Assembly (NCBI GenBank): GCA_038087875.1
Contig: CM075994.1
Coordinates: 11,348,001-11,412,000 of the forward strand
Direction: 5' to 3'
Origin: Malacoraja senta
Lineage: Eukaryota
Length of the DNA: 64,000 nt
The position numbers were made by a program, and so were the translations under genes. Every line of letters begins with the position of its first letter. The first letter of the stretch is position 1. Of this stretch, positions 1 through 12,330 are shown piece after piece. The notes under the pieces are model-generated. The model searched no databases and was not told the origin of the DNA. It saw nothing but the letters and a program-made list of their open reading frames with translations.

Positions 1-608
1 CCCTTGTGCCTGTTCCAAGGCACCTCCTGTGCTATATTCATTCACCAACACCGACTTAAATCCTCCTGTGGGGGTTCTTTACAAATCATCTGCCCCATAA
101 GGAGTTATAAAGTTTTTGCCCCTTGCAGTGTAATACTCTTTCCTGCCTGAGGAGGGCATACCTCCGGGTCTGACTCATCCGAGTCTACAGGTCGGGCCGA
201 TTTTTTTTTCTCAGCCTTGCGCCCCGCCGCCGGCGGTTTAACGCACCTTCGACCACAACGGGAGTTAATGGCTTCGCTGCCACTGACTCCCCTGACTGGC
301 GCCTGCTACCCTTAGGATTTGGGGTTTTACTACGGTACGTCCCTGGCCGCCTCTCCTTCCCATTTCTCCATAATAAACTTGAGTGGAGCTCCACCAAACA
401 AGTCTAAACGGGAAGGAAACGCTCTTGTAAGTGAAAAGTAACCCACTTACCTTCCGACTTTTGTTTTACTTTTGTTTTACTCACCGGCTGGAGGAGCTCC
501 TGCTCCTCCACACACGGTCATGAACGCTATGCGTCTAATCGATAATGACGCGTGTGCGGCTGGACTGGGGTTCTTCACGTAGTCACTCACGTGACTCCGA
601 AGTAAAAT
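1..608 (-). mobile_element. DIRS1-like retrotransposon, 5' end (left terminal repeat plus decayed start of gag); continues left of the window
   Basis: 572-608 is the exact reverse complement of 9004-9040 in the ICR of the second DIRS. The minus strand encodes RPVDSDESDPE, resembling RPIDSAESCQEE in the gag at 12331-13341. Confidence 0.8.
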
Positions 609-974
609 GCTTATTCATTCAATGACTTCTAAGTGCACTCCATACCTTGATATGATCCATAATAGGTAAATAAACTTTTGTTACCCTGCTACAACATCAT
701 TAAATGTTTGCACAGTTGCCGGAAAGGAAAGTGCAAATTACTGTGATGGAATAAAAGAAAAACGTGGAAGCTAAAACCTTTTATATTTCTCCACCGGAAC
801 GTTGACTGTTGCTCGTCCCACAGATAATGATTCTCCAGCATTTACTGTTTCCAGTTCAGATCAGCACATTTGCTACTTGATCTTCACCTTACTATCTGAA
901 TGAAGGTGGCAATTGTATAGTTTAACAACCTGCGACTCCTAAACTAGTATGAAGCAAAGAATAGGTTGTGTAAA

Positions 975-1185
975 CAGGCCCGTACGAAGCTTTACAAATT
1001 GGGGGGTGGCATGACAGGATTACAAAAAAAATATGTAAAATAATGTGCGCGCTGCGCACATCACGAGCGCGAAGCGTGAAGTCCCTCGATGCCAGGGTCC
1101 AGAGCCCGCTTAAGGACCCAGGAAGCTCAGGGGTGTTAGATGCTCTCTGATGCATCCCGAGCCTTATTTTGGAGGTTTTTTGCAG
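975..1185. mobile_element. Non-autonomous DNA-transposon (MITE-like) fragment
   Basis: Starts CAGGCCCGTA and contains the GC-rich block cgagcgcgaagcgtgaagtccc...gggtccagagcccgcttaagg. Only one end seen; superfamily not determined. Confidence 0.4.
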
Positions 1186-1204
1186 CAAATCTATGACCAA
1201 TATT

Positions 1205-1462
1205 TCAGAAATTTACAGGAATCTGAGAGGTAGCTTTTTCACACAAAGGGTGGTGGGTGTATGGAACGAGTTGCCAGAGGAGGTAGTTAAGGCTTGGACT
1301 ATCCTAATATTTAAGATACATTTTGACACGTACATGGATAGGACAGGTTTAGATGGATATGGGCCAAAAGCGTGTGAGTGGGTCAAGTGTAGATGGGACA
1401 TGTTGGTCGGTGTGGGCAAGTTAGGCTGAAGGGCCTGTTTCCACACTGCACCACTCTATGAC
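1205..1462 (+). mobile_element. CR1 LINE 3' fragment
   Basis: Encodes FFTQRVVGVWNELPEEVV (CR1 ORF2 C-terminus), followed by the tail ggctgaagggcctgtttccacactg. Confidence 0.85.
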
Positions 1463-1489
1463 TGAAAAAGTTAAGAAGAAAAATCCATG

Positions 1490-1830
1490 TAGATAAGTAG
1501 AGCAGATTTGAAAGAGGAGTGAAATGTAAAGGCAGGGAGAGGTTTATGGGTGGAAAGGAACATAGGAAAGGAGGGGGAGGGTGGGCTTGGGCAGATGGGT
1601 GAAGGGAAAATAGACACAAAGTGCTGGAGTAACTCAGTGGGTCAGGTAGCATCTGTGGAGAACATGGATAGGTGACGTTTAACGGAGTGTGGAGTAACAG
1701 CGGTTCAGGCAGCATATCTGGAGAACATGAATAGGTGACATGTCACAGAGTGCTGGAATAACTCAGTGGGTCAGGCAGAATCTCTGGAGAAAAGGTTTAG
1801 ATTATATTTCGAGTCAAGCCCCTTCTTCAG
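1490..1830 (-). mobile_element. Penelope-like pseudo-LTR-derived repeat with about 3 tandem partial units
   Basis: Repeated gtgctggagtaactcag..ggtcaggcagcatct..ggagaacatg..taggtgac units and a degenerate ttcgagtcaagccccttcttcag motif; same family as 30340-30435 and 41555-41850. Confidence 0.6.
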
Positions 1831-2009
1831 TAATATGCATGATGTGACATGCATAGACATTCCTGCATGTTACCCAAACCATCGTGAACTACTTTGTGAC
1901 GGTGCTTGCCCTTTCCTACAACGTCTCTGCTGCCTTGCGTGATGCAGGACAGGACACGAGCTTTGGGACATGGTGTGAAGCTGTTGCAGTCTGTCCCAGG
2001 CTGGTAAAA

Positions 2010-4025
2010 GCCTGGATAGAGTGGATGTGGAGAGGATGTTTCCACGAGTGGGAGAGTCTAGGACCAGTGGCCACAGCCTCAGAATTAAAAGACGTTCATT
2101 TAGGAAGGATATGAGCAGAGGGTGGTGAACTGTGGAATTCATTGCCACAGACAGCTGTGGAGGCAAGTGGACATTTTTCAGGAGGAGATTTATAGATTCG
2201 TGATTGATACGGGTGTCAGAGGTAATGGGGAGAAGGCAGGAGAATGGGTTTGAGAGGGAAAGATATATAGTCATAGTGATACAGTGTGGAAACAGGCCCT
2301 TCGGCCCAGCATTTCCCATCTACACTAGTCCCACCTGCCCACGTTTGATCCATATCCCTCCAAACCTGTCCTATCCATGCAGCTGCCTAACTCTTTCTTA
2401 AATGTTGCGGTAGTCCCTGCCTCAATTACCTCCTCTGGCAGCTTGTTCCATACACCTACCACCCTTTGTGTGAAAAATATACCCCTCAGATTCCTATTAA
2501 ATCTTTTCCCCTTCATCTTAAACTTATATCCTCTGCTCCTCGATTCACCTACTCTGGGCAAAAGACTCAAGAGAGTTCAAGAGAGTTTTATTGTCATGTG
2601 ACCCTGATAGGACAATGAAATGCTTGCTTTGCTTTATCACACCAGAACATAGTAGGCACGAATACTGAACAGATCAGTGTGTCCATATACCATTGCACAA
2701 ATATATACACACATTAATAATTAAACTGATAAAGTGCAAATAAACAGATTATTGGTTATTAATGTTCAGAGGTTTGTCCGAGACGAGTTTAATAGCCTGA
2801 TGGCTGTGGGGAAGTAGGTGTTCCTGAACCTGGTCGTTGCAGTCTTTTAGCTCCTGTACCTTCTACCTGAAGGTAGTGGGGAGATGTGTGTATGGCCCGG
2901 ACCTGATCTATTCAAATCATGATTTTATACACCTCTATTAGATCATCCCTCATCCTCCTGTGCTCCATGAAATAGAGTCCCAGCCTACGCAACCTCTCCC
3001 TATAGCTCTGGTCCTCTAATCCTGGCAACATCCTCGTAAATCATCACTGTACCCTTTCCAGTTTGATGACATCTTTCCTATAACATGGTGCCCAGAACTG
3101 AACACAATACTCTGCGGCCTCACCAACTTCTTATCCAAATGCAACATGACCTCCCAACTTCTATGCTCAGCCTGACCCGCTGAGTTACTCCAGCACTCTG
3201 CGAAACATCACAGAACAGGGCAAGATTAACAAGTTTGCTCATGATACAGAAGTGAGTGGTTTTGCAGATAGTGGATGTGATTGTGAAAGATTGCAGCAGG
3301 ATCTGGATCAATTAGCCAGGTGGGCAGAGGAATGGCTGATGGTTGCATGGTTCCTTGAAGGTCGAGTCGCAGGTACATCAGGTGGTCAAAAAGTATGTTG
3401 GCACTTTGGCCTTCATCAGTCAGAGTATTGAGTAAAGAGGTTGGGAGATCATGTTGCAGTTGTATAAGACGTTCGTGAGACCGCATTTAGAATATTGTGT
3501 TCAGTTCTGGGCACCATGTTAAAGGAAAGATGTCAAACTGGAAGGAGTACAGAGAAGATTTATGAGGATGTAGCCAGGACTAGAGGGTGTGAGCTATAGG
3601 GAGGGTTTGAGTAAGTTGCGACTCTATTCCATGGAGCGCAGGAGGATGAGGGGAAATCTTATAGAGGTGTACAAAATCATAAGAGGAATAGTTCGGGTAG
3701 ATGCAGTCTTTTGCCCAGAGTAGGGGAATCGAGGACCAGAGAACATAGGTTCAAGGTAAAGGGGAAGAGATTTAATAGGAATCCGAAGGGTAACTTTTTC
3801 ACACAAAGGGTGGTGGGTATGTGGAACGAGCTGCCAGAGGAGGTAGTTGAGGTTGGGACTATCCCATCGTTTAAGAAACAGTTAGGCAGGGGCATGGATA
3901 GGACAGGTTTGGAGGGATAAGGATCAAACGCAGGCAGGTGGAATTAGTGTAGCTGGGACATTGTTAGCCGGTGTGGGCAAGTTGGGCCAAATGGCCTGTT
4001 TCCACACTGTGTCACTCTATGACTA
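2010..4025. mobile_element. Cluster of CR1 LINE 3' fragments in both orientations (about 2010-2260 +, 2270-2565 -, 2905-3170 -, 3230-4025 +)
   Basis: ORFs 2325-2570 and 3711-3920 encode TRGHxxK...FFTQRVVGxWNxLPEEVV; characteristic CR1 3' tails. Confidence 0.85.
2570..2900 (-). mobile_element. Rex1/Babar LINE 3' end inserted in a CR1
   Basis: The minus strand encodes PSGRRYRS-like C-terminal residues, followed by a gacaataaa tail with short tandem repeats. Confidence 0.6.
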
Positions 4026-4054
4026 TCCATGTTCTCCAGAGATGCTGCCTGGCC

Positions 4055-5500
4055 CATTGTGGCAGATTGTGCTTCCTCAGCTGCCGTAGGAAGAACATCC
4101 TCTGTAGTGCCTTTTTGACTGTGGAGGCAAAGGTAGCCCCCCACTTAAGGTCATTGGAGATGATGGTTCCCAGGAACTTAAAAGACTCCACAGATGTGAC
4201 TGTGGTGTTGTTGAGGGTGAGTGGGGCGAGGGGAGGGGGAGCTCTCCTAAAGGCTACAATCAATTCCACTGTCTTAAGAGCATTGAGCTCCAGGTTGTTG
4301 CTACGGCATTAGGACGCCAGCTGTGACACTTCCTGTCTGTAGGCTGATTCCTCCCCATCCTGGATCAGTCCAATCAGGGTTATATGTCGTCCGCAAACTT
4401 GATAAGCTTGACAGAGGTGTCTGTGGAGATGCAGTCATTGGTGTAGAGAGAGTAAACGGAGAGGGGAGAATACGCAGCCTTGCGGTGCTCCTATGCTGAG
4501 CGTTTGCGGGTCCGATATGTGCTTTACCAGCCTCACATGCTGCTTCCTGTCTGTCAGGAAGTTGGTGATCCACCGACAGAGGGGTTCAGGCACAGTCAAC
4601 TCGCAAAGTTTGGAGCGTAGTAGCTCTGGCACAATGCAGAGCTAATACCAACAAATAAAATCCTCGCATAGGTCCCCTGGCGGTCTAGGTGCTGGAGGAT
4701 GAAGTGCAGGCCCAGATTGACTGCGTCATCCACAGATCTATTGGGCCAATATGCAAACTGCAGGGGGATTGTGATATTTTTCAGCTTGGCTAGCACAAGC
4801 CTTTCGAGTGTCTTCATGACTACAGAGGTCAGTGCGACAGGCCTGTAGTCATTAAGACAAGCAATCCTTGCCTTTTTGAGTGCAGGGACAATAGTGGGGA
4901 CTTTGAAGCAGGCAGGGACAGTACATGTTTGCAAGGACTGGTAAAAAATGTCTGTGAGATTTCCGTCTTTTCTGTCTTCTGAAAAGCCTCTCCACCTCCA
5001 ATATTTTAATTGTTGATTAAGTGACGTTGTTCAGCAAAGACGGAGTGGGTAATTGGGTGTGAGGTCGTGATTAGAGTGGGGTGGGTGTAGAAGGGTCCAG
5101 TCTTTGCAGACTGAGGTCAGGCTGTGAGTGGGTGTGAAGTGTTGGTTGGGGTGGGAAAGGGTCCAGTCTTTTCATACTGGAGTCTTGCCTTATGTAGGTG
5201 TGAAGTGGTGAATGGGAAGGAGAGGGTGCAGGGTCCATTCTTTGCAGACTGGGGTCTGGCTGTGTTTGTTGGGGAGGGGGTACCAGGGTTACGGTTCTGA
5301 TTTTCAAACCTGCAGTAAAATTAATTCAGTTCGTTCGTCAGCTGACGATTATCCAAAGAGCGGGAGGCTTTCCTCTAATAGCTGGTGATTTCTTGCATGC
5401 CCTTCCAAACTGAAGAAGAGTCACTGGCTGAGAACTTGCACCTCAACTTCTCAGAGTACCTTTTCTTGGCAGCTCTGATTCCTCTTCTCAGCTCTTTATC
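4055..5500 (-). mobile_element. Rex1/Babar-clade LINE, decayed reverse transcriptase region
   Basis: Motifs NELNxFYCRFE, CLNDYRPVALTSVVMKTLERLV, LQFAY..NRSVDDA, WITNFLTDRKQ, GAPQGCVFSP, KFADD and VESFKFLG, with multiple frameshifts. Confidence 0.85.
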
Positions 5501-5589
5501 GATTAAGCTATCTTTTAACTCTTTAACGATTAGGCTATCGGCTTGACGCATATTTGCTTTCTCCTTTCATCCTCCCACGCAACGTTGGA

Positions 5590-5905
5590 AGGCCCGCGGC
5601 GGCGGAGGGGGGGGGAGAGGCGAGGGACCGCGGCGGACGGGGGGAGAGGCGAGGTTCCACAGCGGGGGGGGGGGTGAGATGCGAGGCTCCGCGGCGGGGG
5701 CGGAAGGAGAGGCGAGGGTCCGCGTGAGGGGGAGAGCCGAGTTCCGCGGGGGGGGGGGGGGAGAGGCGAGTGCCGCGGCGGGGGGGGGAAGGGTGAGGGG
5801 CGAGGGTCCGCGGCGGGGGAGAGGCGAGTGTCCGCGGCGGGGGGGGGGTGAGAGGCGAGTGTCCGCGGCGGAGGAGAGGCGAGGATCCGTGACGGGGGTG
5901 AGGGG
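5590..5905. repeat. GC-rich minisatellite, roughly 25-30 bp unit (gagaggcgagggtccgcggcgggggggg)
   Basis: About ten imperfect tandem units visible. Confidence 0.85.
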
Positions 5906-6302
5906 TGACGTGGGCGGAAGGTGGCGTGTGCCCAGTGTCTATTGTTGCGGTCTATATTTTCTTTCACTGCGAGTTTTAAGTTACTGCCTCTGATTATTCT
6001 ACTGTAGACCGGAAGGTGTCTGGTTGTCGGAATATTACAGGGAACAAACAGAACAATAGAAAGTAAAGTGTATTCAAATGACGCATTGTCGTATATGCTA
6101 TCATCTGTTTTTTTATTATTATCCGTGAACATCTTATTCATTAAGAAGTTTCTGTTCGCTCTAATGTACAATGATCTATATTTTCATTATAATAACTGCA
6201 AAGGTCCGTTTCAGGTGGTTATGGCGGTAGTTATTTTTTCTCACAAATGTTTACAAGTATCGACATGAATCAATCTTGATTGAAAGGTTGGATGAAAGGT
6301 TT

Positions 6303-6640
6303 GGGCGGTCACGATTGGTCAGCGGCAGAGTTACTGCCTCACAGCTAATGCAGCGCCGGGGACCCGGGTTCGATCCCGACTAAGGGCGCTGTATGTACGG
6401 ACTTTGTACGGAGTTTGTACGTTCTCTCCGTGACCTGCGTGGGTTTTCTCCGATTTCTTCGGGTTTCCTCCCACACTCCAAAGACGTACAGGTTTGTAGG
6501 TTAATTTGCTTGGAAAATGTTTTAAAAAAATTGTCCCTTGTCGGTGTAGGATAGTGTTCATGTGCGGGGATCGCTAGTTGGCACGGACCCGGCGGGCCGA
6601 AGGGCCTGTTTCCGCGCTGTTTCTCTAAAACTAAACTGTA
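6303..6640 (+). mobile_element. tRNA-derived SINE (HE1/V-SINE-like) with CR1-derived 3' tail
   Basis: B-box ggttcgatccc, central gagtttgtacgttctc..cgtgacctgcgtgggttt domain, and tail gggccgaagggcctgtttcc. Further copies near 8225-8500(-), 27290-27485(-), 29060-29310(+), 39510-39830(-), 42250-42450(-), 48100-48310(-) and in the right arm. Confidence 0.85.
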
Positions 6641-6939
6641 CAAATTTTTAAAATTATCTCTATTTCAATAACACACACCATTCGCTTCATGTATTATTAT
6701 GCACAAATATGATTATTACTCTGGGGCAATGCAAGAAGGTATTTTAAGAGAAATGCCACATGCGTTTCTTGCAGACGATAATTGTTATTTCGTATAAAGG
6801 TATTGAACATCGAAATGATTGTTCAAAATTGAATATATTTCCAAGGGAAGGATCGTTGTAAAAAAATGTTAGCATACGTTCTGAAATCTGTAAAATGATG
6901 TTTGCAGCAAGGAGAAAGGAAAAGTTGTGCTTATGATGG

Positions 6940-7930
6940 ACGTCCTCTTTCTTGAGTAAACGTAGTTTCCCCGCTGCTATGATGGGTGCATCCTCACCGA
7001 CATCTCCTCTGGGTCTAGCAGTTCTGCTCTCGCTCCCCTTGCCTCCGCACGGAACTACAAAATGGTTCCCCAGGTCCTTAAATTTCAGCCACCTACCTCC
7101 TTATCCAACACATTATTCTCCATATCTACCCCACATATCTTCGCATCCCCACTACCTCTCGGCTTCCATAAAGACCGCTCACCCTTATCCGGTTGCAGCC
7201 TAACCACCCTCTCCCCAGGTACCATCCCCTGCAGCACAGGAGATGTAACACCTGTCATTATACCTCATGCCTTACATCCGTCCAATGCCACCAGTAGTCC
7301 TTCTACGTGAGAGAGAGGTTCGCATGCACCTCCAATGACGTCATCTGCTGTTTTGGTGCGCCCGATGTGGACGCTTTACTTCGGCAAGACCAAGCGTTGA
7401 CGAGGCGACCATCTCACCGAATACTTGCTCTCTGTCGGGGAGGTGGTACACCATATTCCGGTTACTAAACATTAAATCTCGATTACCCATTCCCACATGC
7501 ATTCGTGTATTTGGGCTCCTTCATTGTCAGAGTAATGCCACACGTAAGTGTTGGAACACCATCTCATATTCCGCTTGAATATTTTACAAATTTACGGTAT
7601 GAGCACTGAACCCTTGAATATTTGGTAACTAACCGAAACTACTACTCCCCCCTTCGACCCCCACCCTCTAAACCCCCCCTGCAATTCGCCCAACTGCCTT
7701 CGCACTCGTGTCTCCCTTCCCTCTATCCACGTGAAACCATCCGCCGATCAACCCCCTTCACCTATCCACCTACCATGCCAGACTTTGTCCCAATCTCATC
7801 TCCCTTCCATCTTTCTACACAGGAACAAGCACAATCAGTGTGAAGAATTGCCTGACCAGAAGAGTTAACGAAACATGTTCTCCAAAGGTACTGTACGACG
7901 CCGTAAATTACACCAGCAACTTGTGTCTAC
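6940..7930 (+). mobile_element. Penelope-like element, decayed GIY-YIG endonuclease region and 3' repeat
   Basis: Frameshifted GTIPC..RRCNTC, RFACTS..VICC..RCGxLYFGKTKR..GDHLTEYL (GIY-YIG pattern), followed by a degenerate pseudo-LTR repeat. Confidence 0.7.
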
Positions 7931-8706
7931 AATATCTGCAGTTTCTTGTGTCTTCATATGTGTGAACGTATTGGATTAGTTGTTAGCCCGTGTTAAACGA
8001 ATCCAGATATAGCACCACCTTCCCTGATGATTTTCAACGTACACGACAATTGATCTTCCACTTTTTTCATCCCCCGTCTCTCTCGGGTAAGAGGATTGTC
8101 GCACCCCGATTTCCACAGTAATCTTGAACGTACTTCACAGCTTTCTATATATTCCCCCAATTAATTACGCTCTGTCACATTTGATCTGATGACGATCATT
8201 TGCATAATATTTGTCACCGTATGACGTCTCCCACCGCCTCCACACCAACTATCGATCACCCTGGCAAACTTGGTCTGTGTTGTCCCACTTTGTCCATTCA
8301 GATCCTACAAACAAGAGGCAACTTACAGATGCCAATTAACCTACCAACTTGAAAGTGTTTGTGATGTGGGAAGAAGTCGGAGCATCCAGTGGAAACTGCA
8401 GTCACATTGAGGATGTGCAAATTCCAGACTGATATCATCCGAGGTGAATGTCAAACTTGGGTCAAGAGCTCGGTGAGGTAGCAACTCTCTTCCGCCTATT
8501 ACTCAGCTCACCCACTTTGCGCAAACTACTGAATGTCGCAATCATATTGGAACGAGCCAGGTTATGTAAATATCCATCTCCCTTTTCATTCTCTATACCT
8601 TTACAGTATCGACAGGTTTTGCCAGGCTTTCCAAAGATGTCAGGAGTTCCCTTTCAATTTGAACGTACTGCGGGCATATTAAGGTGACATCTCGCCATAC
8701 ACCATT

Positions 8707-9040
8707 AATAGTAAGATTAAACGAGAACTTACCAGTTTGAAGTTTGATCTTTATTTTATGGGGTGTTACGTTGGTGATTACGTGAAAAAGACCGGTCAGG
8801 GCGCATGCGCGTCAATCTTCAAAGCAGCGGTATGAAATTCAGACAACACAATCATTGAAGTAACCTATTAAGATGAGGAACATGAGAACTACCATTATGA
8901 CCTTTTTTATGAGTGTTGGGCGTGGCGGGCACGTAATCACCAACGTAACTCCTCATAAATAAAGATCAAACTTCAAACTGGTAAGTTCTCGTTTAATCTT
9001 ACTATTTTACTTCGGAGTCACGTGAGTGACTACGTGAAGA
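8707..9040 (-). repeat. DIRS right terminal extension and internal complementary region (ICR)
   Basis: 8707-8784 is a near-perfect inverted repeat of 8930-9006; 9004-9040 complements the DIRS left end seen at 572-608. Confidence 0.9.
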
Positions 9041-9241
9041 TTTCAAAGCTCTGTGATTTTATGCCGCAGATCAAAATCCCGGCTTCTCACTGCATTGATT
9101 GACTCTGAGTATAATCAATAATGCTGTAAACATGACACTGAATATCATGCAATAACAGTTTTATTTTAGTCATAAAACAAACAATAAGCCCTCTAACTTA
9201 GGGGCAAAATGAAAACAGAATTAAACAGAATTGAAACAGAA

Positions 9242-10190
9242 TTAAACAGTATTAACAGAACTTAATATCGTGTTGGCAAACAGCCCTCCATCGGCAATTG
9301 GCCGATGGTAGTATTGCTGAAACACAAGTTCATTTTGCCACCCTGCAGCTTTTAGTATATGGTCGATGGGAACGTCCATCGCCCTGGCCGCCGATGTTGC
9401 TGCTGCCCTATTGGAAAGAGATGTAAACACATTAGTGTTAATTCCTGCCTGAATCAACACTTGCTTTAACCACCTTGAGATAGTCTGAACTGCCACTCTT
9501 TTATGTGGCTTCTTGTAGCTGATAAATAATCCTGTTTCTTCATGTCTTAAAGCCCTTGTGGCTTCAATGTAATGTAACAAATGTGACCTTACACATAAAA
9601 TTGGATCTGTAGGATATGCTGAGAAGACAATCTTAAATCCTGTCACACCTGGCCTACTCTGTTTGAGCAGGTCCTAAATATAAAACATAACATTCTTTGC
9701 AGTGACTTCCATTATATCTAACTGAAGTTTTTGCAAAGTCTGCACTCTCTGTGCTGAAACCAATGCCATTAGCATAGCCAATTTTATGGTTAATTTTGAC
9801 AAAGTCATAGACGTGACAGGGACCCAATGACGAATCATGTTAAGAACAACACTTACATCCCAGATAACCATATACCTAGGTTTTGGAGGTTTGGAATTAA
9901 AGAATCCTTTCATCAACCGAGATATGAGAGGGTGTGAGCCTATACCTTCTGTCCGTTTACCTATTACAAGATATGAGGACAAAGCACTTCAAGCTGTATT
10001 GATAGCACTATAACTGAGACCCTCATAATAACAGAGTGTGCATAAAAACTCTAACACATTTTCAATAACTACAGTATTATATTGAATATTCTTTTCAGCA
10101 CAATATTGTTCCCATTTTTTTACATAAGTAATATACTGCTTTTGAGTACTCTCTCTCCAGGCTGCACTGAGCATATCCACCGTTCGCCGA
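9242..10190 (-). pseudogene. DIRS tyrosine recombinase, broken by stops
   Basis: AWRESTQKQY (N-terminal), LMALVSAQRVQTL (catalytic R), FTSLSNR (HxxR box with H replaced by L), ILKAAGW...FQQYY. Confidence 0.88.
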
Positions 10191-10219
10191 GAGTCCTCGA
10201 CCCAGGTAAGGCCTTCTTA

Positions 10220-12125
10220 AAACCTGCAAATTAACAGATCAATACGATCACACAACGGATGAATTTCACGCGTTATCGGATGCTCCAGTAAATTCCTACT
10301 CTTTGGAATCAGCAAAGGAGGTTGGATCGCTATCTGTAACATCAAAGGGAACCATGGTTGAGGTGGCCAATTTGGTATCACCAACACCCCTGAAGCGGCA
10401 CCCTGCTTGATTTTTTGCGGACACCGACCTAGGAGGCAGAATGATGGAAAATGTACACAAACATATTACCCCAATTTAGCGAAAAAACATCAATTGCCAC
10501 TGCCCCTGGATCTGGTTCACATGAAACATATTTTGGCAGCTGGTGGTTAAGCCTGGACGCAAACAAATCTATATCTGGCATTCCATATGCAAGTACTATG
10601 TCCCTGAACACGTCCTGGTTCAACATCCACTCTGTATTATCATGGAATTTTCGTGTCCTGGCATCTGCTACTATATTGAGTTTTCCTGGCAGATAGATAG
10701 CTGAAATCCAAATATCTCTATCCTTACACCACGTCCAAATTTGATTTGCCAACCTGTCACATGATAACGATTTGATTCCACCCATATGATTAATATATGC
10801 AACTGCTGTAGTGTTGTCTATTTGACACTGAACATGCAAGCTAGTTTTGTTAGCGCAATAAGCCTTAAGTCCATAAAATACTCCTAAAAGCTCCAAATGG
10901 TTAATTCCCCATGTTTGCAGAAGCAATGACTCTTGCTCAGTCCATCTGCCTCCACAGCTGGATCTAGTATCATTAGCACCCCAAGTGCACTCACATCTGT
11001 CTGCAAAATCATGGAAGCTTGGTCCAATAACACTTTGGAACTACTAATGGACACATGCTGAATCCACCATTGTACATCAGCAACAGCCTCTACTGATAGA
11101 TGCATAGGCCTATTATAATGACCCAAATGTATCCTCAGTGCTTGTTCCTTTCACCTTTGTAATTGTTGATAATGAAGTGGCCCATATTGAACTGCTGGAA
11201 ATGCTGCCACTAATTTCTCAAGCAGACTTGCCACCTGTCTAAGTGAAGGCTGTGTGTCAGCAATTAACTTGATTCAGCTCTCAATTAGCTCTACCCTTTT
11301 TTTTGCCTGGGCAAGGTCGCAATCATGTTGATTGAGTCTATTGTGAATCCCAAATAGTCAATTCGTGTCACAGGTGCTAATTTAGATTTCTCTGGATGAT
11401 TTATGAAGCCCAATCTTTGAAAAGTGGTTTTAACGACTGCCACTGATGCTTCAGCTGTTGCCTTTGATTGTCCTACAATCATGATATCATCAAGTTAAGC
11501 CATGAGTACATGGCCTTGACTTCTCATCATGCCAACACCATGAACAACTTAGTAAACACTCTAGGAGCTGAAGACAAACACTATAGGAGCTGAAGACAAA
11601 CCATTAGGCGGTGCATTGTATTGCCATAATTGCCCCATCCAGCTGATTTTTAAATATCTTCTATCCTGCAAATGAACAGACACTGAGTAATACGCATCTT
11701 TAAGATCTATAGTTGCCATATAGCATCCTTTGGAAACAAGTTGCTTAGCAGTCACAAACGTTTTCATCTTAAAATGTCTATACCGTACAAAAGGGTTAAG
11801 ACTAGTCAGGTCCAGGATAATTCTGCATCCCCCATCCTTTTTTGGTCTGGGAAAAATATTGGACAACCACTGTTGGCTTTGGTAAACTGCCTCAGCAATT
11901 ACACCTTTATTACATAAGCTTTCAAGTTCCACCTGAACTTCCAATTGTTCAGTGATACTGAACTCAAAACTCATTTTTGGCCCATGTTGCATCGATAAAT
12001 CAGAATTTGCATTAAACTCTATTCGAAACCCTTCAATAACATTCAGTATAAACATATCTGAGGTAATTTGCTTCCATTCCTCTAAGAACAGATGTAATCT
12101 TCCTCCAAATTTTAATTGCATTACA
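10220..12125 (-). pseudogene. DIRS RT / RNase H / methyltransferase-like ORF, frameshifted
   Basis: KKDGGCRIILDL, IDLKDAYYSV, RIDYLGFTID, INHLELL, IDNTTAVAYINHMGG, DIDLFASRLN; an 18-nt direct duplication at 11562-11601. Confidence 0.88.
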
Positions 12126-12330
12126 TTTGATCTGTCTACATGAGAACCAGACCCAAATCCTCCTTACCACCTGGAGTCCTTCCCCGGCCTCGAGCTCGAT
12201 ACCCCACCTTTCCTGGCGCTGCTACAGCCGAACGCCAACTGGGCTGCATGGTAGCTCGACTCGTCACTTGCCCGGACTAGTCTCCACGCTTGTAGGGATA
12301 TTTTCGTTTTGGTGGATGTGTGGCTGCTGG

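Noticed and set aside
5530..6270. 213-aa ORF and AT-rich segments (also 6660-6900 and 7950-8220) as further GPCR remnants
   Set aside because: No diagnostic motif could be read with confidence; half of the ORF is minisatellite.
6303..6385. tRNA gene
   Set aside because: A tRNA-like head continuing into a SINE body and CR1 tail; no complete cloverleaf.
9242..10926. Phage integrase or DNA methyltransferase suggesting prokaryotic DNA
   Set aside because: These are normal domains of DIRS1-like retrotransposons.
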